From positions 1 to 56,713 of the forward strand of contig CAZCNT010000002.1 in the NCBI GenBank assembly GCA_964500695.1: a DNA stretch of 56,713 nucleotides, in the 5' to 3' direction. Below are positions 1-7,261 of the stretch, piece by piece. How positions within the stretch are numbered: position 1 is the first letter of the stretch; each line of letters starts with the position of its first letter. The notes beneath the pieces are model-generated. The model searched no databases. It was not told the DNA's origin and saw only the letters and a list, made by a program, of their open reading frames with translations. Both the position numbers and the translations under genes were made by a program. This DNA comes from an uncultured Gammaproteobacteria bacterium. Its GTDB lineage: Bacteria > Patescibacteriota > Microgenomatia > UBA8517.

Positions 1-103
1 AAGAATGCCAGTCCGCAATGGGGTTATCTATTTTATACAACCTTACAGCAAAACCTCCAACTAGAATCAAGAGTAACAAAAATAACTCAAATTTACGGTT
101 CAT
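1..103 (-). CDS. 5' end (34 codons) of a GT-C / ArnT-PMT-like polytopic glycosyltransferase; the gene continues beyond the window start
   Basis: Minus-strand ATG at 103-101 forms an ATGA overlap with the stop of the upstream ORF. Translation is MNRKFELFLLLLILVGGFAVRLYKIDNPIADWHS: one TM helix followed by the RLYKI..P..DWHS opening typical of GT39/GT83-type enzymes. It is truncated, so it is absent from the ORF track. Confidence 0.5.
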   Translation of the reverse strand, partial: MNRKFELFLLLLILVGGFAVRLYKIDNPIADWHS

Positions 104-1560
104 ATTGTTTTATCCCCCTTCGCGAATACCCCGGGCTTAAAGCCTCTGTGGGTAAGCGAAGAGGCCTCGCTTCGGAGGGATTCCGCTCCTGACGAAGCTT
201 GGGAGAAGATACCCCGACCGTTAGGTTGGGGGGCTTCATTCCTAACTAAGATAACAGCATACCCTATCAATAACCAGTAGATGGTTGCAAATTTAGACGC
301 CTCAAAAACGTCTATGAAAATTGCCGTTAAAAAAGTGCCAACCACTGCGCCAATTATTCCCGCTATATAAGACGTTTCTAAAGTGTCAAAATCTTTCCTA
401 TTTTTAATAAACTTCCAGAAAACCTTACCTATTCGGCAAAATATTAAGCTAAAGGTCGCAAAACCCAAAAGGCCAATCTCTCCCAAAATCCTCAAATAGT
501 CATTATCTGTCGCCAAACCGATTGAAGAATACCCTGTTCCGAGCGCGGGATTTTTATAAAAAGCCATAATTGCCCTTGGCCACTCAACATACAATCTGAT
601 TGAGGTCGATCTATCCTCCGACACCAGGGTAATCGGCGAAACATCCGAAGAGGCCGCCATCACCTCTATCTTAAAAAATGAAGTATCGACAATCTTTAGT
701 AGCTGCTGATATCTTCCCAAAAAACTTGGAAAGGCCAAAACAATAAGTACGGCCGCGGTAAAAATTGCAAAAGTTGCTTTATATTTTTTAACCAATATTA
801 GTGAGATACATGAGGCCAAGACCCACGAGGCAAGTGAAACTCTGGAAAGTGATGCTCCCAAAAGCCAAAGACCGGGACCGATTGTTCCGAGTAGCCAAAA
901 CTTCAATTTCATTTTATCTGTCAGGAAAAAAAGTGTCGTGAAGATCGGTAAAACCAAGACAATGTATGATGCCAGGTCATAATGTCCCGCAAATGTCGAG
1001 TTAATATGCGCGCCAGGCGTCCATCTTAATGCTATCCCTTTTGAATATTCACTATTTTGCGTATCAACTACGGGAAAATTGTAAAATCTTTGTCCAAACC
1101 CATAAAGAAATATAACAACAGTAACTATCATCAAAATCTTTATATAATAATCTAAATTATTTCTTGCATCCTTATTGTTTAAAGCCAGAAGCGCAAAAAG
1201 CGGAACGGCGTACTCAATGCGTCTAAGAAAGTGTAATAAGGCTATCGACGGAGTTACTGTATGACTTATGAAAATACCGGACACTAAAGAGACGAGACCG
1301 ACACCAAAAAAAAGCAAGAAAGCAATAATTATCTTATCTTCCAAAAAACTTCTGAAGTTCTTAAAGATTTTAATCAGGGTGAAAATCCCCAAAATCAAAA
1401 TAACAAAATCTTCGGCTCTTATAGAAACATACGTTCCGGAAATGCGTATAAAAGGAAATTTCGGGTAAAGGCAAACAATAATCAAAACTGCCGCCAATAA
1501 ATATTTCGGAAAATTATTTAGCCAGTAAGGCGTTCTAAGCCAAGACAAATATTTTTGCAT
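100..1560 (-). CDS. Wzy / O-antigen-ligase-like polytopic membrane protein, C-terminally extended by repeat element copy A
   Basis: 486-aa ORF with many hydrophobic segments and a larger loop before the last TM helices, as in the O-antigen ligase/Wzy_C family. The last ~45 aa (..SQASSGAESLRSEASSLTHRG..) are encoded by the repeat at 109-246. The stop overlaps the next ATG. Confidence 0.6.
   Translation of the reverse strand: MQKYLSWLRTPYWLNNFPKYLLAAVLIIVCLYPKFPFIRISGTYVSIRAEDFVILILGIFTLIKIFKNFRSFLEDKIIIAFLLFFGVGLVSLVSGIFISHTVTPSIALLHFLRRIEYAVPLFALLALNNKDARNNLDYYIKILMIVTVVIFLYGFGQRFYNFPVVDTQNSEYSKGIALRWTPGAHINSTFAGHYDLASYIVLVLPIFTTLFFLTDKMKLKFWLLGTIGPGLWLLGASLSRVSLASWVLASCISLILVKKYKATFAIFTAAVLIVLAFPSFLGRYQQLLKIVDTSFFKIEVMAASSDVSPITLVSEDRSTSIRLYVEWPRAIMAFYKNPALGTGYSSIGLATDNDYLRILGEIGLLGFATFSLIFCRIGKVFWKFIKNRKDFDTLETSYIAGIIGAVVGTFLTAIFIDVFEASKFATIYWLLIGYAVILVRNEAPQPNGRGIFSQASSGAESLRSEASSLTHRGFKPGVFAKGDKTI
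109..246. repeat. GC-rich ~140-bp dispersed repeat, copy A (partner at 6357-6497)
   Basis: Direct alignment by eye with 6357-6497. Shared blocks: tttatcccccttcgcgaa, taccccgg, ggagggattccgctcc, gacgaagc, gggagaagataccccgac, aggttgggg, gcttcatt. Internal inverted pairs: cttcgc 118-123 / gcgaag 156-161, and gcttcg 169-174 / cgaagc 193-198. Confidence 0.85.
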
Positions 1561-2434
1561 ATGTTTTTCCGAAAATCGGAATACGGATCAGGGCTCCAAC
1601 TTTTAAAAGAAATCTCAGGATGGGGAACTGCCAGGAAGCCATATGTTTATTATAAAAAATTTTTAAACCCTTAACCTCGTTAATAAGTGAAAATTCTTTT
1701 ACAGAACTTGCTCCTCCAAAGTGAATTATGCTCCACTTTGGTAAATACATAACTTTCCAGTCAAGACGCTTTGCTCTGAAACAGTAATCAACTTCCTCCA
1801 TGTACATAAAATAAGCTTTATCAAAATATCCAACTCTCCGAGCCACCTCTTTTCTCATCATAAAGAAGGCTCCGGTAATCCAATCCATTGAGTGTTCTTT
1901 TTTATAAAAATTGGAATTTGATCCAAAAGGCGAAAGGTTATGCATGGGATGAAAGGATTTGAGCAATGTTGAAATTCCCGGCAAGTCATCCAAAAATGTC
2001 ATCCAGACAAAAACCTTAGGCAGTGTCGGAAAATATCCGCCGGTTGCCTGAATACTCCCATCTTTGTTTTTCAAACTGCAGCTTGCTATTCCAACCTTTG
2101 AATTTTTATCCATCCACCCAACCATCTCCCCTATTACATTGTCCATAATTAATGTATCTGAATTGAGTAATAATAGATATTTTCCCTTCGCCTTTTTAAT
2201 CCCCTGATTATTTGCTTGCCCAAAACCAACATTTTCTCTGTTAAGAACCAAGGTTATATTTTTGTTTGATTCCACTAATTTTTTTAAGGCGCTCACGCTT
2301 CCATCTTGGGAATTGTTGTCAACAACTATAATTTCAAACAAAACACTTTTTGTTTTTTTGATAATAGAGTTAATTGCGTCAACTGTTAACTTTATTGTAT
2401 TAAACGAGATAATAATAATAGATATATCTTTCAT
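1535..2434 (-). CDS. GT2 family glycosyltransferase (rhamnosyltransferase-like)
   Basis: ISIIIISFNT..VVDNNSQDGS..LLLNSDT (DxD-type) motifs with a GT-A fold layout. 299 aa. Confidence 0.9.
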   Translation of the reverse strand: MKDISIIIISFNTIKLTVDAINSIIKKTKSVLFEIIVVDNNSQDGSVSALKKLVESNKNITLVLNRENVGFGQANNQGIKKAKGKYLLLLNSDTLIMDNVIGEMVGWMDKNSKVGIASCSLKNKDGSIQATGGYFPTLPKVFVWMTFLDDLPGISTLLKSFHPMHNLSPFGSNSNFYKKEHSMDWITGAFFMMRKEVARRVGYFDKAYFMYMEEVDYCFRAKRLDWKVMYLPKWSIIHFGGASSVKEFSLINEVKGLKIFYNKHMASWQFPILRFLLKVGALIRIPIFGKTYAKIFVLA

Positions 2435-2518
2435 ATTATATATGTGCGTATATTATATATGTGCGTATATTATATATGTGCGTATATTATATATGTGCGT
2501 ATTTTATAAATGTGTGTA
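2434..2518. repeat. 17-bp tandem repeat: 4 perfect units (tattatatatgtgcgta) plus 1 degenerate unit
   Basis: Units at 2434-2450, 2451-2467, 2468-2484 and 2485-2501 are identical. Unit 2502-2518 has diverged. On the gene (minus) strand each unit reads tacgcacatatataata and contains TATAAT. Confidence 0.95.
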
Positions 2519-3010
2519 TATTTTTCTAAACTCCATGTATAGCAAATATGTAAGTCCCAATGTTGCAGCTCCAACAACAAGGCGTATCCACATAGAGCTT
2601 TTAACAAACCTGACTATAACTTTTTGACGGTAATGTACGCCATTTATGTTAATTTCGTATTGGGCGTCTTCCGGTTCAAACCCGTTGATATAAATGCTTT
2701 CGCGAAACGGATGCACAATCTCCTGCAAAAACGTGCTTTTTGTCTGATCACGAATTACGTCTTGGGCATTTTCAGGAGGGTAGTTTAAAACTACTCCCCA
2801 CTTAAATTGGCTTCTATACCAATCCATCACCTCGGCTCTTGTCATGTCGGTATAGTAACCGCGTCTTAAGGGTGTTTCTGTGTCAGCGGGCTCGTCCGAT
2901 TGTAAGGATCCGGGAAGGGAGATAGGAAAATCGACATTGGGTAAACCGAGATATACAAGAAGAAAAATTCCAAATGCGATTAATGCGGCCCTGAATATAA
3001 TATCTTTCAT
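2504..3010 (-). CDS. Hypothetical bitopic membrane protein (TM helix at each end, ~110-aa soluble middle)
   Basis: 168-aa ORF in the operon, with a 1-nt stop/start overlap to the upstream gene. No family recognised. The last codons (RKIYTHL*) are encoded by the degenerate unit of the 17-bp repeat. Confidence 0.55.
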   Translation of the reverse strand: MKDIIFRAALIAFGIFLLVYLGLPNVDFPISLPGSLQSDEPADTETPLRRGYYTDMTRAEVMDWYRSQFKWGVVLNYPPENAQDVIRDQTKSTFLQEIVHPFRESIYINGFEPEDAQYEININGVHYRQKVIVRFVKSSMWIRLVVGAATLGLTYLLYMEFRKIYTHL

Positions 3011-3624
3011 TACTGAAAAAGTCTGGCACGGCCTAATTTATAGTCCGGGTTTTTGTTTTTGCGCTCTCCGATTACTTTTGCCGGAACTCCCCCAACAATA
3101 GTAAAACTGGGAACATCCTTTGTAACAACTGCCCCAGCTGCCAGTACGGCGCCCTTTCCGATTTTAACACCGGGTAGAATAATAACCCTTGGTCCTATAA
3201 AAACATAATCGCCGATCTCAACTGGTTCGACAATTGCTGAAAAATTATTTTTTGAAAGATCGTGTTCGGAATTAAAAATCATTACACTCGAGGCTATATC
3301 CACATGGTTTCCTATTGAAAGTTTTGCCCGTCCATCCAGAAACGCATGGTCTCCAATAATTGTATCGTCACCGATTTTAATATTCTTTGGATCAAAAAAG
3401 TTCGCCCACATATGAATTACCGAATCTTTGCCAATTTTAATCCCAAAAAATTTGTATTCAAGCTTGCGGATTGAATGCGATGGCAAGTGCCCCACCCATC
3501 TTAAAAGCATAAGTTCAAAATCCAGCCAATAGTTATAAAGCCTATTGGAAATCTTCTCCATCGCTTTGATTGGCGTTAATTTTTTTCCTTCTTTGTCCTT
3601 AAACATTGTTTTATCTTTAGCCAC
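3010..3624 (-). CDS. Left-handed beta-helix (hexapeptide repeat) acetyltransferase, WcaF/sugar O-acetyltransferase-like
   Basis: Hexapeptide runs IGDDTIIGDHAFL..IGNHVDIASSV..IGDYVFIGPRVIILPGVKIGKGAVLAAGAVV..VGGVPAKVI. The start is either GTG at 3624 (inside the heptamer array) or ATG at 3606. Confidence 0.85.
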   Translation of the reverse strand: MAKDKTMFKDKEGKKLTPIKAMEKISNRLYNYWLDFELMLLRWVGHLPSHSIRKLEYKFFGIKIGKDSVIHMWANFFDPKNIKIGDDTIIGDHAFLDGRAKLSIGNHVDIASSVMIFNSEHDLSKNNFSAIVEPVEIGDYVFIGPRVIILPGVKIGKGAVLAAGAVVTKDVPSFTIVGGVPAKVIGERKNKNPDYKLGRARLFQ

Positions 3625-3656
3625 TATTCACCATTCACTAGACACTAGTCACTATT
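3622..3656. repeat. Heptanucleotide array, 5 units (cactatt caccatt cactaga cactagt cactatt)
   Basis: Read directly from the sequence. It spans the stop of the GT4 gene (3638-3640) and the GTG of the acetyltransferase (3622-3624). Same unit family as the arrays at 50894-50934. Confidence 0.8.
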
Positions 3657-4786
3657 TTTAATGTCTCTCGAGCGGTTTTCTCCCATGAAAATCTTGCCGC
3701 CTGCTTAAACCCTTTCTCAACTAGATTATTATACTTCGAATTACCGGCAGATAGAACTTCTTTAATGCCCTCCGCAATGCTATCGGCATCATACGGATCT
3801 ACCAAAATTCCTGCGTCCCCTACCACTTCAGGCAAACTGCCCGCGTTTGAAACAACAACGGGTACGCCGCAGGCCATTGCGTTTAATACTTCCATCCCGA
3901 ATCCTTCCCAAAAGGAAGGAAGTATGTAAAGTTTCGCGCCCGCTAAAAGGGCCGGCCTGTCCGTCTCGGGGAAATAATCAGTAAACACAATTTTATCCTT
4001 TAATCCCATGTTTTCGACCTTTTTAAATATAGTTTCAAAAAGCCAACCTTTTTTACCTGCAATGACCAACTTAATTTTCGGGTACTCTCTAACCACTTCC
4101 GAAAAAGCGTCAATAAGACCCTCAACATTCTTGCTTGGTTTTAGAGTACTCAAGAAAAGTATATAGTCCGTAACTATGGAGTACCTTTTTTTGATACGTC
4201 GCACATCCTCCAATGAAATAGATCGATTAAATTTGTCCTTATTGTACGCCAGTTGTGTAACGTAAATTTTGTTCTTTACGAACTGATAGTGTCGTACAAT
4301 GTCGGATTTTGTACTACTTGATATTGTAATGATCCTTTTTGATACAATAATTGAGATAGCACTCCACCATTTTAACTGCCAAAACACGTTTTTTGTAAAT
4401 TGTCCCGAAGATTCGAGGTATCCGAGGTCCATAATTGAACATACTCGCGGCATCGGAGCAAAGGGGACTGTGTAATGACTTGGGGAGAAAAAAACATCCG
4501 GTCTGGGTTTACAAAAAAATAAATTTGGCATAAGACGTGTTAGTATCCATAACCTGCCACCTGAAATAACCTTATATTTAAAGTTTTTCGTTTCACCGGG
4601 CATATCCTTCCGAGGTTTTTCCTTAAGATAAACTATAAGATTATGTTTTTTACTCCACTCACTCTCCAATTTCCGCAAATTCCACAAAAGTTCAAATCCA
4701 TATTGATTTACACCCACTCTTCTTTCAATATTTGCCTCGTTTCCGTCAATACCAATAATCATCTTATTGTCATTTTCTAGCCTCAT
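3638..4786 (-). CDS. GT4 family (GT-B) glycosyltransferase
   Basis: C-terminal EGFGMEVLNAMACGVPVVVSNAGSLPEVVGDAGILVDP (E-x7-E type GT4 motif). Alternative ATG at 4762 (MIIGIDG..). Confidence 0.9.
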   Translation of the reverse strand: MRLENDNKMIIGIDGNEANIERRVGVNQYGFELLWNLRKLESEWSKKHNLIVYLKEKPRKDMPGETKNFKYKVISGGRLWILTRLMPNLFFCKPRPDVFFSPSHYTVPFAPMPRVCSIMDLGYLESSGQFTKNVFWQLKWWSAISIIVSKRIITISSSTKSDIVRHYQFVKNKIYVTQLAYNKDKFNRSISLEDVRRIKKRYSIVTDYILFLSTLKPSKNVEGLIDAFSEVVREYPKIKLVIAGKKGWLFETIFKKVENMGLKDKIVFTDYFPETDRPALLAGAKLYILPSFWEGFGMEVLNAMACGVPVVVSNAGSLPEVVGDAGILVDPYDADSIAEGIKEVLSAGNSKYNNLVEKGFKQAARFSWEKTARETLKIVTSV

Positions 4787-5846
4787 TATAGACGTTCAAA
4801 GTCATTTTGGCCGTCTTTTCCCAAGAAAAATCTTTCACTCGGGCTATTCCCTTTTCAATTAATCCCTTGGGGCCATCAAGAGCCTTTTTAATGCCCTCTG
4901 CAATCGAATTTACATCGTATGGGTCAACGAGTACTGCAGCTCCTCCGGCGACTTCAGGCATCGAGGAGATATTGGACGTTACAACCGGCGTTCCGCAAGC
5001 GAACGCTTCCAAAATTGGCAAACCAAAACCTTCATAAAGCGATGCGTAAACCAAAGCTTTTGCTCCGGAATAAAGAGCAGGCATCTCATCCGCCGCTCCC
5101 CTGCCAATCATCCTGATATTTCTCGATTCTTTTACTGTCATGTATTTAGGTATTCCTACAAAAACGAGCTTTAGTTCTTTTCCTGTCGAAGCGTGTTCAA
5201 AAGCTTTAATGGTTCTCTCTGTGTTCTTACGGGGGTCAACACCAACGCAAAGAATATAATCTCCAAAAATTTTATGTTTTCTTTTTACCTCCTCTATTCG
5301 CACTTCAGTTGGTCTTTTAAAAATACCCGAGACACTTTCTGGTGTTACCCTAATAATAGATTCCTTAAAACCCAACTTAACCAGATCTTTTTTGGTTGCC
5401 GTGGCAGGAACGAGAATTCTATCCGACTCTTTCTCTACCAATTTCAGTTTTGCCTTGTGAGCATCAACAATGTTTCGAATCATATCTCTCGGAAACAAGC
5501 TGGGATAAAGAAACGGTGCAAGATCGTGTACGGTAGTTACTTTAAAAGTAGAGCTAGGGGGCTCCGCCCAGTCTGAGGTATGAATCACGTCAACTTTTCC
5601 AATCAACTTCTCTATTGGTAAGGTATGAAATCTATTCCAGACAATATTCATCAGAACTGGCGGGATTGGAAAGACTTTTGTTTGGGGAAAAATCTTCAAA
5701 ATGTCACTTTTTCTACGAAAAGCTCCAGCAAAAAGGATGTATTCGTTTTCTTTATCAATCCTAAGTAGGTTTTTGACTAGCTCGATTGTGTACTGGGAAA
5801 CCCCTGTACCATAGACTATTTGGCTGACGTCAATTGCGATTTTCAT
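4770..5846 (-). CDS. GT4 family (GT-B) glycosyltransferase
   Basis: EGFGLPILEAFACGTPVVTSNISSMPEVAGGAAVLVDP. I prefer ATG 5846 (MKIAIDVSQ..), which forms an ATGA overlap with the stop of the upstream gene, over the track start at 5861. Confidence 0.9.
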   Translation of the reverse strand: MKIAIDVSQIVYGTGVSQYTIELVKNLLRIDKENEYILFAGAFRRKSDILKIFPQTKVFPIPPVLMNIVWNRFHTLPIEKLIGKVDVIHTSDWAEPPSSTFKVTTVHDLAPFLYPSLFPRDMIRNIVDAHKAKLKLVEKESDRILVPATATKKDLVKLGFKESIIRVTPESVSGIFKRPTEVRIEEVKRKHKIFGDYILCVGVDPRKNTERTIKAFEHASTGKELKLVFVGIPKYMTVKESRNIRMIGRGAADEMPALYSGAKALVYASLYEGFGLPILEAFACGTPVVTSNISSMPEVAGGAAVLVDPYDVNSIAEGIKKALDGPKGLIEKGIARVKDFSWEKTAKMTLNVYNEARK

Positions 5847-7261
5847 TTGGTATATTTCCAAAAGACTACTCCGTTAAAATTGTATTCCGAGGCCTTATTA
5901 TAGCCTAATGCCTCCACATTTTTCCTTGCAGAGTCTCCTGAATCAAATATCTCCCATACATACCTTGATAACCAGATATCTTTATCCTTCTGTGATATTT
6001 GAGAAGTATTGATTATCTGCTCTCCTTTTCCATAATAAATAAGTGCTTCTTTTTGCGTAGCCGCAGGAAATACTATTTTGTCTTCTCCGATTGCAGACGC
6101 AGCTCCTCTCCAATCTTCCCTCTGAAATCTGGGAGCTATCAAATAGTACATTGTACTTATTAAATTAACGCCCAAAACTAAACACAAAAATAGTTTTCTG
6201 TGCTTTCCCAAATTCCCAATCGCCTTGGCTATCAAAATATAAAATGCCGGAAGAACAAAAAGAAACCTAAAATAAGAAAGCGTTGGAATTTTAAGACTAA
6301 CTATTATTCCAATAAGAATCGGGGTAATTAACCACGCCCACAAAAGCTTAGAGTCCTTTATCCCCCTTCGCGAAATACCCCGGACGTAAGCCCGCGGGTG
6401 TAGCGAAGTGGTTTCGTTTCGGAGGGATTCCGCTCCCGACGAAGCGCTGGGAGAAGATACCCCGACTATAAGGTTGGGGAGCTTCATTGCCCTAAACAAC
6501 AAATACCCAAAGAGTGAAGAAATTAAACCAACCAAAACTGCGTAAAGCGTTTTATCATCAAAACTGATCCTACCTATCATAAACTTAACCGGAATCAGGA
6601 GGGTATTCTTAAAAGTCGCCATTCCCAATAACTGCAACCAAGAAGTCTTTACTGCCGATCCCACCACAAGTTGCTTTATAAAAATTGGCAACCAAATAAT
6701 AAAGGTAACGGCTAACGGAACGTGACTAAATGTCAATTTTTTCCTATCGTTCCAACCTGTAATCCAAAAAACAGGAATAATAAATAGTGAAACATAGTCG
6801 GTCATACCTAACAAAAGTAAAATTACAGAAAAATAAATCCACTTTTTCTCCAAAAATAAATAAACCAGGAAGCCTACCAAAAATGCTGCCAAACTATACA
6901 TTCTCGCCTCTTGAGAATAATATACGGCCAACCCTGACGTGGCCATTAGACTTGAAGAAATTAGCCCAACTCTCCGGTTAAACAGTTTCGCCGCTACTAA
7001 GTAAGTTGCATAAATTGTCGCTACCCCAAAAATAACGGATGGAATCCTAAGAGCCACCTCACCCATTCCAAATAATGCTACCCAACCTTTAAGAAACAAA
7101 TAATAAAGTGATGGATGGAAATCTCCGGGTAGAAATTTTGAAAAAATGTCCGCTACCGACATTTTTGCAACCAAAGCACTCGTTGCTTCATCCAGCCAGA
7201 GGGATTGATTAATTGAAATGAGTCGAAAGATAAATCCAAAAAATATAATTAAGTAAATCAT
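5843..7261 (-). CDS. GT-C fold glycosyltransferase (GT39/ArnT-PMT-like) carrying repeat copy B in-frame
   Basis: N-terminal TM helix followed by the SLWLDEATS first-loop Asp-Glu motif, then multiple TM helices. Residues ..SSPSASSGAESLRNETTSLHPRAYVRGISRRGIKD.. are encoded by 6357-6497. Confidence 0.8.
   Translation of the reverse strand: MIYLIIFFGFIFRLISINQSLWLDEATSALVAKMSVADIFSKFLPGDFHPSLYYLFLKGWVALFGMGEVALRIPSVIFGVATIYATYLVAAKLFNRRVGLISSSLMATSGLAVYYSQEARMYSLAAFLVGFLVYLFLEKKWIYFSVILLLLGMTDYVSLFIIPVFWITGWNDRKKLTFSHVPLAVTFIIWLPIFIKQLVVGSAVKTSWLQLLGMATFKNTLLIPVKFMIGRISFDDKTLYAVLVGLISSLFGYLLFRAMKLPNLIVGVSSPSASSGAESLRNETTSLHPRAYVRGISRRGIKDSKLLWAWLITPILIGIIVSLKIPTLSYFRFLFVLPAFYILIAKAIGNLGKHRKLFLCLVLGVNLISTMYYLIAPRFQREDWRGAASAIGEDKIVFPAATQKEALIYYGKGEQIINTSQISQKDKDIWLSRYVWEIFDSGDSARKNVEALGYNKASEYNFNGVVFWKYTK
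6357..6497. repeat. GC-rich ~140-bp dispersed repeat, copy B (partner at 109-246)
   Basis: Aligned by eye with copy A. The inverted pairs are conserved: cttcgc 6366-6371 / gcgaag 6403-6408, and gtttcg 6416-6421 / cgaagc 6440-6445. Confidence 0.85.

Noticed and set aside
2434-2518. Possible CRISPR array, because of the perfectly repeated short units.
   Set aside because: The units are only 17 bp, directly abutting with no spacers, and there are no cas genes in the window. It is a plain tandem repeat.
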